This document shows, one piece after another, positions 1 through 12,932 of a DNA stretch of 64,000 nucleotides. Position 1 is the stretch's first letter. Each line of letters begins with the position of its first letter. Under the pieces are notes generated by a model. It had not been told where the DNA came from and ran no database searches. It saw nothing but the letters and a program-made list of their open reading frames with translations. This stretch comes from Pristiophorus japonicus. Taxonomy: Eukaryota. The DNA is taken from the NCBI RefSeq assembly GCF_044704955.1, contig NC_091977.1:239816001-239880000 (forward strand), in the 5' to 3' direction. Position numbers and translations under genes: made by a program.

Positions 1-1375
1 ACTATCTTAACATACAAGTGCTCGCAATTCAAATTCTCGCAAATCATTTCCAAGGTTACTTCCATATCTTATCTCATCTCCCCCAAATGGCATTTCTGTC
101 TTTCATCAGAGAAAATGGCATGTTTAGATTGTTTACAAACTTTTTAGTATTTTTTTTCTAAACTGTTTAGTATTATTTCTTTTAAAAAGGTTTCCAAACC
201 CAAGATTTTCCAATACAACCAAAATGTTTATCACCTAAGTCCCAATTCAAATGTACGGCAATCTTTTTATCTCTTTTACTGAACTAGGAGCTTTCACGTC
301 ATTTAAAATAAGATTCTACACAAAGGAAAATGAGGGCAGTGCTTCCCACAGCCTGTAGCCTCGAGAAACCCACGCAGGCTTTTAAAAAAAAAAGGCATTA
401 CACTCTCCCTTCTCCTTTCTTTATCTCATTCATAGACTAAATTTATTATCTTTCAACCCAATGTAATCAATGATTATGTGTTTTTTTAAACATAATTGGG
501 CATATTGGCTTGCAAAACTGATTGAGACCACACATTTTTTAATTTAAACTACCTAAGATAATCCTATTTTCTCTTTTTTTTTCCAGCAACTTTTTTTCTG
601 GTTCCCTTGTTTTTCTTCGTCAGTCTCTGTCCCAACCATCCGGTGGGCGTCATTCTCAAACTACTCACTTTTACTCTTAACCTCCATAATTGTAGGCACT
701 GACTTATTACCATTAATCCTGCTTTGGCTGTTTTCTTATTTTTCTGTTTCTCCCACCATAATTTCTGTTTGGCAGGTTCTATTTTAGGATCCCACCCGTC
801 ACTTAACATCGTCATTATTCATTTCTTATGGTCATCTGCAAAGTATCTACTCAGCCACCTGTTTGGTCCCCAGTCCAACAGATCCTTGCATGCCATCTCA
901 CGTTCTACCCCTTCCACCAAATTCTGTGAATTGTCTCCAAGCCCTTGGACTCCTCTAATGTCCAGCCGGACTAACAATACTGATTGCCTCCCTTATCTGG
1001 TCCTCAGATCTAGAATTTGCAACCACTACCGGTTTCTCACTTTGACTTATATATAGTATATACAACACACTAAATTACCCCAAATCTTTTACACCACGAT
1101 GGATCCTTCTTACCAGTTCGGACACCCCAGGTGACTGACACATTTCGCGGTAGATTACATAGATTTATGAGTGGTATTTAAAATATACTCACTTGCGATG
1201 GTCTGCAAACGTCTGTCTGTCTTTCACCTGGGTGCATCCTGCCGACTACGCCAATTGTTGTGGAGTATTACAAAGATACTCAACACAGGTCTGTTTCGAC
1301 GAAAATAATCATTTATAATAAACCATTTGAACGAGGGAGAGACAGCTTCTGCACAAGGTCAGTAACTCGGTGACC
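1..1375 (-). mobile_element. 5' end of an ERV (partial 5' LTR, PBS, leader, degenerate gag) running off the left window edge
   Basis: LTR end CAACA on the minus strand at 1256-1260 is followed by a tRNA-Ser PBS. Downstream is a stop-interrupted Trp/Lys-rich frame (MLSDGWDPKIEPAKQKLWWEKQKNKK, ORF 564-815). The LTR outer boundary is approximate. Confidence 0.6.
1236..1253 (-). promoter_or_regulatory. Primer binding site, tRNA-Ser
   Basis: The plus strand reads ATCCTGCCGACTACGCCA, the 3' 18 nt of vertebrate tRNA-Ser(AGA) including CCA. Confidence 0.85.
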
Positions 1376-1382
1376 CAAGCAG

Positions 1383-1490
1383 CTAAGGGAGTGCTGCACT
1401 GCAGGAGGTTCTGTCTTTCAGATGAGACATTAAACCAAGTCTGCTCTGTCAGTTGGAGGTAAAAATTCCAATGGCACTATTTCGAAGAAC
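1383..1490 (+). mobile_element. Deu-domain SINE fragment (SacSINE1/AmnSINE1-like)
   Basis: GGGAGTGCTGCACTG..GGAGG..GTCTTTCAGATGAGACATTAAACC..ATGGCACTATTTCGAAGAA; it also matches the reverse complement of the copy at 55524-55905. Confidence 0.75.
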
Positions 1491-1989
1491 AATGTAAGAA
1501 TGTACAGACCTTAAATCTGGTATATATTAAAATGCTCTATTAGGCCAAAAGGCTTTTTGAAGTAAAATAAAGCTGTTGAATGTAACAAGCTGTCTTTTGC
1601 TGATGAATGGAGATGGATGGCAGACTTTGATGCCTCACAAAAAGCAGCAAATATTTTTCTGAGTAAAGTAAAACCTGCTGAACTTGCAAACTGTTCTGTG
1701 AGTACAAAAGCTCAGTTTGTGAGGCAGCAGCTCAGAGTTGGAAAAGAGAGTTTGGTAAGTGGGAGCATCTAAAGGGTTAATCTCTTTTAAACCACTTGGA
1801 CGCTAGTGGCAATTGGTACTAGCTTCTAAGTAAGATTAACAGTTAAATATTTAGGATTCTTTCAGGCTCTCCAGTAGTTTGGTAAATAACTAGTTTGTGA
1901 AAACTAGTTAAAATCAGTTCTTTAAACAGCTGACCAGTGGTGACTCATCGGAGCCACAAGCAGTTTAAAAACCAAGGATTGGTGTTTGC

Positions 1990-3308
1990 ATGCACTGCAG
2001 CAGTTCTGAGTGGGAAAGGAAAACAGAGTTTGGTAAGTGGGAGAGTTTGGTGAAGTGGGGGCAGGAGGTGTTGGGTTTGCCTTGTTTTTTCTAACTTTTC
2101 CCGCAGAGCAGCGGCATACCTGAGCAGGAGCAGACTGAGGCCCGAGAGTGGGGATAAAAACCACAGCAGACCACAGCATACCACCAGTGTGATCTCCTAG
2201 ACCAGTTTCGATCGCCTGGTTGGGTGGAGAGGAATTTCCCAGATTTTTTCCCCAATTGGCCTGGGGTTTTATCTGTTTTTTTGCCTCTCCCAGGAGATCG
2301 CACGGCTCTGGGTGAGGAGAACTCTGCTGTGTGACATCACAGGTAAGGCAGATAAGTGATTGTCGGCTAAGTTTTTCTTTTAAATTAACATATAACATAT
2401 AACTACATTCTAAAAACTAACCATTATTTGTTTAACTACATCAATAAACTATATAGGGTAAATCCTTTGATTAACACTAAACTAATTAATTAAATAAAAT
2501 AATGGGAAAACAGGAGATGCGGAATAACTAAGGGCAGAAAACTCTAGTGGGTGTTGTGTACAGACCACCAAACAGTACTAATGAGTTTGGGGATGCGTGC
2601 AATAAAGGTACAGCAGTTACCATGGGTGACTTTAATCTACATATAGATTGGGCTAACCAAACTGGCAGCAATACGGTGGAGGAGGATTTCCTGGACTGTA
2701 TTAGGGGTGGTTTTCAAGACCAATATGTCGAGGAATCAATTAGAGGGCTGGCCATCCTAGATTGGGTGATGTGCAATGAAAAAGGACGAATTAGCGATCT
2801 TGTTGTGCGAGGCCCCTTGGGGAAGAGTGACCATAATATGGTAGAATTCTTTATTTAAATGGAGAGTGACACAGTTAATTCAGAGACTAGGGTCCTGAAC
2901 TTAAGGAAAGGTAACTTCGATGGTATGAGATGTGGATTGGCTAGAATAGACTGGTGAATGATACTTAAAGGGTTGATGGTGGATAGGCAATGGCAGACAT
3001 TTAAAGATCACATGGGGATTAACTTCAACAATTGTACATCCCTGCTTGGCGTAAAAATAAACCGGGGAAGGTGGCTCAACCGTGGCTAACAAGGGAAATT
3101 AGGGATAGTGTTAAATCCAAGGAAGAGGCATATAAATTGGCCAGAAAAAGCAGCAAACCTGAGGACTGGGAGAAATTAAAGAATTCAGCAGAGGAGGACA
3201 AAGGGTTTAATAAGGAGGGAAATAGAGTATGAGAGGAAGCTTGCTGGGAACATGAAAACTGACTGCAAAAGCTTCTATAGATATGTGAAGAGAAAAAGGT
3301 TAGTGAAT
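1990..3308 (+). mobile_element. CR1 LINE fragment (putative 5' region plus ORF2 APE endonuclease/linker), cut off by the satellite
   Basis: GVVYRPP, MGDFN, LDWVMCN and LGKSDHN motifs (ORF 2547-2858); PWLTREI; colinear with the CR1 at 39100-39915. The 5' boundary is uncertain. Confidence 0.85.
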
Positions 3309-3330
3309 ATGACATGACGAAAGATTAGTC

Positions 3331-6300
3331 TTGCGTGCCATGCCATGTATCATGCAATGTGCCATGCCGTGTGTCATGTTATGTGTCATGTCTCATGTCA
3401 TGTCATGTTGTGCCATGTGTCATGTTGTGTGCAATATTATGTGGCGTGTTGTGTCATGTGTCGTGTCATGTGTCATGCTGTGTGTCATGTTGTGCCGTGT
3501 GTCATGTTGTGTCGTGTGTCATGTTGTGTCGTGTGTCATGTCATATCATGTCATGTGTCATGCTATTTGTCATGTTGTGTGCCATGTTGTGTTCATATGT
3601 CGCTTAATGTCTTGTGCCATGTTGTGTTGTGTGTCATGTCACGTGTCATGTCATATTGTGTGTAATGTTGTGTTGTTTGTCATGCTGTGTGTCATGTTGT
3701 GTCGTGTGCCATGTTGTGCATCATGTCTTGCGTCATGTCATGTTGTGCCGTGTATCATGTTGCATGCCATATTGTGTGGTGTGTTGTGTCATGTGCTGTG
3801 TCATGTGTCATGCTGTGTGTCATGTCGTGTCACATGCAGTGTGTCATAAATGACATGTGTCATGCCATTTTCATGTTGTGTGCCATGTCATGTGCCAGAT
3901 TTCATATGTGCAATGTGCTGTTTGTCATGTCATGTGTCATGTTGTGTCATGTAATTTTGTGTGTCATGTCTTATGTCATTTGTGTCATGTTGTGTGTCAT
4001 TATGTGTGTCATGTATTATGCTGTGTGTCTCGTTGTGTCATGTGTCATGTTGTGTATCGTGTTGTATCATGTCATGTCGTGTGTCATGTCATGTTGTGTG
4101 CCATGTTGTATTGTGTGTCATGCCATGTGTCATGCCATGTGTCATGCCATGCATCATGTTGCATGTCATGTCATGTGTCATGTCGTGTCTGGTGTCATAT
4201 TATCTGTTATTTCGTGCTCATGTATCATGTCATGTTTAATGTTGTATGTCATGTTGTGTCAGGTAATATGTTGTGTGTCATGTCATGTGTCCTGTGTCAT
4301 GTGCCGTGTCATGCCATGTTGTGCCATGTGCCATGTTGTGCACCATGTCTCACGTCATGTCATGTTGTACCATGTGTCATGTTGCATGCCATATTGTGTG
4401 GTGTGTTGTGCTACGTGCCATGTCATGTGTCATGCTGTGTGGCATGTCGTGTCACATGTCATGTGTCAGAAATGCCGTGTGTCATGCTGTTTTTCATTTT
4501 GTGTGCCATATTTCATGTTATGTGTAATGTGATGTTTTTCATGTCGTGTGTCTTGTGTCATGTAATGTGTGCCATGGCATATGTCATTTGTGTCATGCTG
4601 TGTATCATGTGTTATGCTGTGTGTCTTGTTGTATCATGTGTCGTGTTGTGTTTCATGTTGTGTCGTGCCATGTTGTGTGTCATGCCATGTGTCATGCCAT
4701 GCATTATATTGCATGTCATGTCATGTGTCATGTCGTGTCTGGTGTCATGTTGTGTGTCATTTCGTGCCATGTGTCATGTAGTGTGCCATGTGTCATGTGA
4801 CATGTGACATGTGACGCGTGTTATGTGTCATGTCATTTTGCATCATGTGTCATGTAATGTGCCATGCCATGTGTCATGCTGTGTGCCATGTTGTGCCATG
4901 TGTCATGCCGTGTGTCATATCATGCCTAGTGCTGTGTCATGTGTCGCCATGTGGCATGTCATGTGTTGTGTGTCATGTGATGCATCATGTGTGGCATATG
5001 TGGCACATGTTGTGTCATGTGCCATGTGTTGTGTAGCGTGTCATGTGTCAAGTCATGTGTCATGTCATGTGTAATGTTGCATGTCATGCAGTGTCAGGTA
5101 ATATGTTGTATGTCATGTCATGTGTCCTGTGTCATGTGTCATGTCGTCCCATGTTGCCATGTTGTGCATCATGTCTCACGTCATGTCATGTTGTGCCATG
5201 TGTCATGTTGCATGCCATATTGTGTGGTGTGTTGTGTCACGTGCCGTGTCATGTGTCATGCTGTGTGTCATGTTGTGTCACATGTCATGTGTCAGAAATG
5301 CCGTGTGTCATGCTGTTTTTCATGTTGTGTCATGTTGCATCATGTGTCATGTCATGTCATGTGCCATGCCATGTGTCATGTTGTGTGCCATGTTGTGCCA
5401 TGTGTCATGCCGTGTGTCATATCATGCCACGTGCCGTGTCATGTGTTGTCATGTGGCATGTCATGGCATGTTGTATGTCATGTCATGCGTCATGTGTTGT
5501 GTCATGTGTCATGTGTCTTGTGTTGTGTGGTGTGGCGTGCCATGTGTCAAGTCATGTGCCATGGCATGTGTAATGCTGCATGTCATGTTGTGTCATGTGA
5601 CATGTTGTGTGACATGTCATGTGTCATGTGCCGTGTTGTGCCATGTGTCATGTTGTGCATCATGCCTCACGTCATGTCATGTGCCGTGTGTCATGTTGCA
5701 TGCCATAGTGTGTGGTGTGTTGTGTCATGTGCCGTGTCATGTGTCATGCTGTGTGTCATGCCGTGTCACATGTCATGTGGCAGAAATGCCGTGTGACATG
5801 CTGTTTTTCATGTGTGCCATATTTTATGTTATGTGTAATGTGATGTTTTTCATGCCATGTGTCATGTGTCATGTAATGTTGTGTGTCATGGCATATGCCA
5901 TTTGTGTCATGTTGTGTGCCATGTGTTATGCTGTGTATCTTGTTGTGTCATGTGTCATTTTGTGTATCATGTTGTGTCATGTCATGTCGTGTGTCATGTC
6001 ATGTTGTGTGTCATGCTATGTGTCATGCCATGCATTATATTGCATGTCATGTCATGTGTCATGTCGTGTCTGGTGTCATGTTGTGTGTCATTTCGTGCTG
6101 TGTGCCATGTACTGTGCCATGTGCCATGTGACATGTGGCATGTGTCACGTGCTATGTGGCATGTAATGTTGCATCATGTGTCATATCATGTGCCATGCCG
6201 TGTGTCATGTTGTGTGCCATGTTGTGCCATGCGTCATGCCGTGTGTCATATCATGCCAAGTGCCGTGGCATGTGCCATGTGGCATGTCTTGTTGTGTTGT

Positions 6301-8762
6301 ATGTCATGCCATGCATCATGATGTGTGTCATGCATGTCATATTTTGTGTCGTGTGTCATGTGTCATGAGTTGTGTGCTGTGCCGTGTCATGTGTCAAGTC
6401 ATGTGTCATGTAATGTGTAATAATGCGTGCCATGTGTCATGTGACATGCTGCGTGTCATGTCATGTGTCATGTGCCGTGTGTCATGTCATGTTGTGTGTC
6501 ATACCGTGTCATATGTCATGTTGTGTGTAATGTCATGTTGTGTTCCATGTCATGTGTCATGCTATGTGCTTATGCTGTGTGTCATGTGTGTCACGCATCA
6601 TGTAATGTCATGTGGCATGTGTCATGTTACATGCCATATTGTGTGGTGTGTTGTGTCATGTGTCATGTCATGTGTCATTCCATCTGATGTGTCATGTTGT
6701 GTTGTGTGTAATGGCATGTCATGTCATGTGTTATGGCTTGTGATGTGCCATGTGTCATATCGTGTGACCTGCCGTGTTTCATGTAGTGTCATGTGTCATG
6801 TCATGTCATGTTGTGTCATGTGTCATGTTGTGCCATGTCATGGTGTGTGCCAAGTTGCTTCATGTCATGTCATCTGTCATTTCATGTGTCATGTTGTGTG
6901 TCATGTGTCATGTTGTGTCATGCGTCATGTTGTGTAGCATGCCATCTGTCATGTCATAGCATGGGCCATGCCATGTCATGTGTCATGCAGTGTGCCATGG
7001 CATGTGCCGTGCCATGTGTCATGTGTGTCATGTTATGTCCTGTCATGTGTATGCCGTTTGTCATGCCGTGTGTCATGTCATGTCATGTGTTATGTTGTGT
7101 AGTGTGTCATGTGTCATGTCATGTGTGTAATGGTGTGCTGTTTGTCATGGTGTGTGTCATGTTGTGTCATGTGCCATGTTTGCATCATGTGTGCCATGTT
7201 GTGTCATGTGTTATGCCAAGTGTCATGTGTCACATCATGTAAATTTCTTGTTGTGTGTCATTTTGTGTGGCATGTCATGTCATGTGTCATGCCCCATCAT
7301 GTGTCATGTTTAGTCATGTGTCATGCCGCATTGTGTGTCATTTTGTGTTGTGTGTTGTGCCAGCTGTCATGCCATGTTGTGCTGTGTGTCATGCCATGTG
7401 TCATGTTGTGCCGTGTGTCATGCCATGTGGCATGTCATGTGTTGTGTCAGGTGTCATGCTGTGTGTCATGTCATGTCGTGTGTCATGTCATGTTGTGTGT
7501 CATGCCATTTGTCATGTGTGCCATGTTGTGTGTTGTATATCATGTCGCATCTTGTGTAATGTTGTGTTGTTTGTCATGGTGTGTGTCATGTTGTTTCATG
7601 TGACATGTTGTGTATCATGTGCGTCATGTTGTGTCATGTGTTATGCCATGTGTCTTGTGTTGTATGTCATGTTGTGTTGTTTCATGCTGTGTGGCATGAC
7701 GTATCGTATTGTGTGTCATGTCATGTATGCTGTCATGTGTCATGTTGTGTATCATGTTGTGTCATGTGTCATGTCACATCTTGTCATGTGCCATGTCGTG
7801 TTGTGCCATGTCGTGTTGTGTGTCATGTCATGTGTCATGTCATTTTGTGTGTAATGTTATGTTGTCGGTCATGGCTTGTGTTATGTGTGCCGTGTGCCAT
7901 GTTTTGTGTCATGCCGTGTGTCATGTTTTTCCATGTGTTATGCTCTGTCTTGCCGTGTTGTTTCATGCTGTGTGCCATGTTGTGTGGCATGTCATGTGTT
8001 GTGTGTCATGTCATGTGTGGTGCCACGTGGCATGTGTATCATGTCATGCTGTATGACATGTGTCATGTGTCATGCAATGCATCATGTCGCGTGTCATGTC
8101 ATGTGTCATGTCGTGGCACGTCATGTCATGTCGTGGCAGGTGTCATGCTGTGTGTCTTTTGTGCCATGTGCCATGCTGTGTGCTGTGTGTCATGTGTCAT
8201 GTGTCATGTGGCATGTGTCATCAGTTTGTGTCATGTGTCATATCATGTGTCATGTCATGTGTCATGTTGTGTGCCTTGCCATGCCATGTGTCATGGCGCA
8301 TGTCATGTTGTGTTGTATCATGGTGTGTGTCATGTTGTGTTGTCATGCCATGTCTCAGGTTGTGTTCCATGTTGTGTCATGCATCATGTCATGTATTATG
8401 TTGTGCCAAGTGTCAAGTCGTGCCATGTTGTGTTATGTGGCATGTCATGTGTTGTGTGTCATTTCATGTGTCATGTGTGCTCTGTTGTGTGTCATGTGTG
8501 TTGTGTTGTGTGCTGTGTGTCGTGCATCATGTGCTGTGTGCTGTGTCATGTCATGTGTCAATCTTGTGCCATGTCTTGTATAATGCCATGTGACATGTTG
8601 CATCATGTGTCAGGTCAAGTCATGTTGTGTCATGTGTCATGTCGTTCCGTGTCATGTCATGTGTCATGTTGTTTCACGTCATGTCATCTGTCATTTTGTG
8701 TGCCGTGTTGTGTGTCATGTTGTCTCATGTGTCATGTCGTGCGTCGTGCCATTTGTCATTTC
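3331..8762 (+). repeat. (TGTCA/TGTCG/TGTTG)n low-complexity satellite, about 5.4 kb, with internally duplicated blocks
   Basis: Continuous tgtcatgtgtcatg-type sequence. Rare marker CAGAAATGCCGTGTG at 4467, 5293 and 5781; AGGTAATATGTTGT at 4261 and 5096. Confidence 0.97.
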
Positions 8763-10680
8763 ACGGACTTCCCGTGGCGGCAGATGACCTCCTCCTCAAT
8801 GACGACCGGGTCCCCCTCTCTCACGTCGGCGACTGGCCTCCCCTACTCCTTCAGCGACAACTGGAGCTCTCTTTCCCCACTGGCGACCTGGCCTCTCCTC
8901 CTCCTCCAACACATGGTGAGTTCCATGGCTGTGACCCCCCCTGCTATCCCACCCTGAACCCCGGTGGGCCACTGACCCTCCCAATGCCTGTCCCCAACCA
9001 AGCCTCGGATCACCTACCACCAAGGGCACTAACCAGCGCCGAGCCTGTGGCCAACATCTCGCCGCAGGCAACTAGGCCCATATAGCAGTGCCTGGTCGCC
9101 AGTCATCTTGGATCCCCTTGCCACTGGATCAAGATCTCGCTCAGCTAAGCCTGTGTGGTAGCCGGTGTGCAACGATCACCCCACGTTAAAAGAACTCATG
9201 CACAGGCACCTTCCACTCCTCTAACATTAAGTTCAGGACCTGGAACTTCAGGACCCTCATGGACAACCCCAACATCAACAAACCGGAACGCTGCACCATT
9301 ATAGTTGCCCGGGAACTTAGATGCTTTGATATCGAATTCTGAGTCTTAAACAACAACCCAATGCGGGAGCAGCAAAACAGCGTTACAGACGGCTCAAGGC
9401 TGAGATCCAACAAAAAACCAGGGACCAAAAGAACAGGTGGTGGATGAAGAAAGCACAGGAGATACAGCAGCTGGCCGACAATCATGATGTGTGAGGATCC
9501 TCCATCGCAGTCAAGGCCACCTACAGGCCGAGCACCAAAGGCCCCACCCCATTGCTGGCCAAGAACGGGGAAACACTCATCAAGGACACCGAGGCAGTCA
9601 GGGCCCGCTGGAATGAGCACTTCGAAGATCTTCTCAATCGAGACTCTGCCTTTGACTCGAGTGTTCTCGACTCCATCCCGCAGCATGCTACCCGCCACCA
9701 CCTCAGTAAAACCCCAACACTGCATGAGTTAGAAAAAGCCATAAGACAGCTCAAAAACAACAAGGCTACGGGTGCGGATGGAAGCCCTGCTGAGGCACTG
9801 AAGTATGGCGGAGAGACACTGCTGGCACGAATACATGACTTCATCTCTCTCATCTGGAGGGAGGAGAGCATGCTGGGGGATCTCAGAGATGCATTAATCA
9901 TCTTTAAAAAAGGGGGACAAGTCTGACTGTGGCAACTACGGAGGAATCTCCCTGTTATCAGCCACTGGTAAAGTCGTCGCTAGAGTCCTCCTCAACTGTC
10001 TTCTCCCGTAGCCGAGGAGCTCCTCCAGGAGTCACACTGCGGATTTTGCCCCCTATGGAGCACAATGGACATGATATTTGCAGCGCAACAGCTACAGGAA
10101 AATAGCAGGGAACAGTGCCAGCCCTTATACATGGCCTTCTTCGACATTACAAAGGCCTTTGACACTGTCAACTGCGAGGGTCTATGGAGCGTCCTCCTCT
10201 GTTTCGGATGCCCCTAGAAGTTCATCACCATCCTCCGCCTGTTCCACGATGACATGCAGACCATGATCCTTACCAACGGATCTATTGCAGACCCAATCCA
10301 CGTCTGGACCGGGGTCAAAAAGGGCTGCGTCATCGCGCCAACCCTCTTCTCAATCTTTCTCGCCGCCATGCTAGTCTTACAGTCAACAAGCTCCCTGCTG
10401 GAGTAGAACCAAACTACAGAACCAGTGGGAACCTTTTCAACCTTCGCCGTCTCCAGGCCAGATCCAAGACCACCCCAACCTCTGTCGTCGAGTTACAGTA
10501 CGCAGATGGCGCCTGCGCCTGCGCACATACAGAGGCTGCACTCCAGGACATAGTCGACGTATTTACTGAGGCACACGGAAACATGGGCCTTACTCTAAAT
10601 ATCCGTAAGACAAAGGTCCTCCACCAGCCTGTCCTCACTGCACAGCGCTGCCCCCCAGTCATCAAGCTCCATGGCACGGC
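8763..10680 (+). mobile_element. RTE (BovB-like) LINE, internally deleted and 3'-truncated
   Basis: Endonuclease start KFRTWNFRTLMDNPN..PER (about 9230); LLAKNGETLIKDTEAVRARWNEHFEDLLNR; NYGGISLL; GVKKGCVIAP; LQYADG (from YADD); GLTLNIRKTKV. Membership of 8763-9083 is less certain. Confidence 0.88.
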
Positions 10681-11165
10681 TGTGTTTTGTGTTGTGTCAT
10701 GGTGTGCCATGTGTCATGTTGTGCCATGTGTCAAGTCATGTGTTGTGTTGTGTGTCGTGTTGTGTGTCGTGTCATGTTGTGTCGTGTGTCATGTCAAGTG
10801 TCATGTTGTGTTGTGTGTCATGTTGTGTCGTCTGTCATGTTGTGTCATGTGTCATGTGTGTCATGTTGTGTCATGTTGTGTCATGTTATGCCATGTGTGT
10901 CATGTTGTGTCATATCATGCGTCATGTCGTGTGTCATGTTGCATGTCATGGCATGTCATGTGTCATATCATGTCATGTTGTATTGCGTCATGTTGTGCCA
11001 TGTGTCATGTTGTGTTGTGCCGTGCCATGTGTTGTGTTATGTGTCATGTTGCATCATGTCATGTCATGTGTTGTGTGTCATGTTGTGTCATGTTGTGTCG
11101 TGTGTTGTTTGTCGTGTTGTGTGTCGTGTCCTGTCGTGTATTGTGTATGTCGTGTGTCATGTATC
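10681..11165 (+). repeat. Second block of the TGTCR satellite
   Basis: Same units as 3331-8762, same orientation. Confidence 0.95.
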
Positions 11166-11169
11166 TTAC

Positions 11170-12608
11170 TCCATGTGTGGATGAGAGCAGGGACTGCAGG
11201 GAGGATGAGCAAACTGACCACAGCACCATGGTACAGGGAGTCATTCAATTAGGGGGAGTAAAAAGAACCGTTATAGTGGTAGGTGGATAGATACTGTTCT
11301 CTGCAGCCGAGAGTGTGAGTTCTGGAGGCTATGTTGCCTACCCGGTGCCAGAGTTAATGACACCTCATTTGGGCTGGAGAGGAACTTGGAGTGGGAGGGG
11401 GAAGATCCAGTTGTCATGGCCACATGGGTACCAATGACATTGGTAGGACAAACAAAGAGGTTCTGCTGAGAGATTATGAGCAGCTAGGGGCCAAATTAAA
11501 AAGCAAAACCACAAAGATAATAATCTCTGGATTACTACCTGAGCCATGAGCAAATTTGCATAGGGTAAATAAGATCAGTGAGTTAAACACGTGGCTCAAA
11601 GACTGGTGTGGGAGAAATGGGTCTTGGTCCGTGGGATGCAGGCACCAGGGTAAGAGGGAGCTGTTCCATTGGGACGGGCTCTACTTAGACCATGCTGGGA
11701 CTAGGGTCCCGGCAAATCAAATAACTAGGGCTGTAGAGAGGCCTTTAAACTAATTAGTGGGGGAAGAGGATTCAGATGAGCAAAAATTTAAAAAGACAAA
11801 GAATAAAGAGAAGGCAATAGAGCAGGGCAGCACTGGGGAAATGAAAACCAGAGCATGACAGGAGGGACAGAATGTATAAACATAAAGGTGAATCAGCAAG
11901 TGGGGTCAAAGCAGGAAAAAATGGTAAAAAAACAAATGTACAAGCTCTTTACCTGAATGCATGCAGCATTTGTAACAAAATAGGTGAGTTGGCGGCACAA
12001 ATAGATATAAATGGGTAAGATCTGATAGCCATTACAGAGACGTGGTTGCAAGGTGACCAAGGCTGGGAATTAAATATTATGGGGTATTTGACAATTCGGA
12101 AGGACAGACAGAAAGGAAAAGGAGGTGGGTTAGCTCTGTTAATAAAGGATGAGGTCAGTGCATTAATGAGAAATTATATTGGCTCAGAGGATCAAGATGT
12201 TGAATCAGTTTGAGAGGAGACAAGGAATAATAAGGGGAAAAAGTCGCTGGAGGGCGTAGTCTATAGGCCCCCTAACAGTAACTACATTGTTGGATGGAGT
12301 ATAAATCAAGAAATAATGGAGGCTTATAAAAACGGAACAGCAATAATCATGGGCAATTTTAACCTCCATGTTGATTAGACAAAGCAAATTGGCCAGGGTA
12401 GCCTTGAGGACGAGTTCGTAGAGTGTATCCGGGATAGTTTCCTTGAAAAGTACTTTGCAGAACCAACCAGGGAGCAGGCTATCTTAGATCTGGCACTGTG
12501 TAATGAGACAGGATTAATAAATGATCTCCTAGTAAAGGGTCCTCTAGGAATAAGTGACCATAACATGGTTGAATTTCAAATTCAATTGGAAGGTGAGAAA
12601 GTGTCATC
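11170..12608 (+). mobile_element. CR1 LINE part 1: ORF1 SGNH-esterase region and ORF2 endonuclease (degenerate)
   Basis: CCLPGARV, GTNDIG, NTWLKDWC, HWDGLYL (ORF1); LYLNACSI, AITETWL, YRPP, SDHN (ORF2). It continues at 20238. Confidence 0.88.
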
Positions 12609-12618
12609 GGGCTAGAAC

Positions 12619-12895
12619 TGTCATGTATGTAACCATTATGCAACAGTAATCTTCATGTAACTGTAATCTTCATGCAACTCCTGTACACTCCACATATACC
12701 CTAGAAATGCACACACTGACCACAGGGGGCGAACTTGTGGGAGACACTCCTCACCTAGGTTTCCAGGTATAAAAGGGGAGATCCCACCCAGGGTGAGCAC
12801 TCCTTGGTCCTGGGAATAAAGGTTAAGGTCACGTAGTGACTGTGTCTGCAGTACATGCCTCGTGTGAGTTTGTAGTACAGTGCAGGGACACCACA
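12619..12895 (+). repeat. Gypsy-1 5' LTR
   Basis: TGTCATGTATGTAACC...GGGACACCACA; contains TATAAAA and AATAAA. Confidence 0.93.
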
Positions 12896-12932
12896 TTTGG
12901 CGATGAGAAACGGGAATCACCGAACCACGAGG

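Noticed and set aside
1236-1253. tRNA gene (also 30633-30650 and 53411-53428)
   Set aside because: Only the 3' 18 nt with encoded CCA are present next to LTRs, so these are primer binding sites.
3331-11290. Dozens of Cys/Val/Met/His-rich ORFs resembling metallothionein or keratin-associated proteins
   Set aside because: They are open in all three frames because the A-poor satellite seldom forms stop codons; there is no frame preference.
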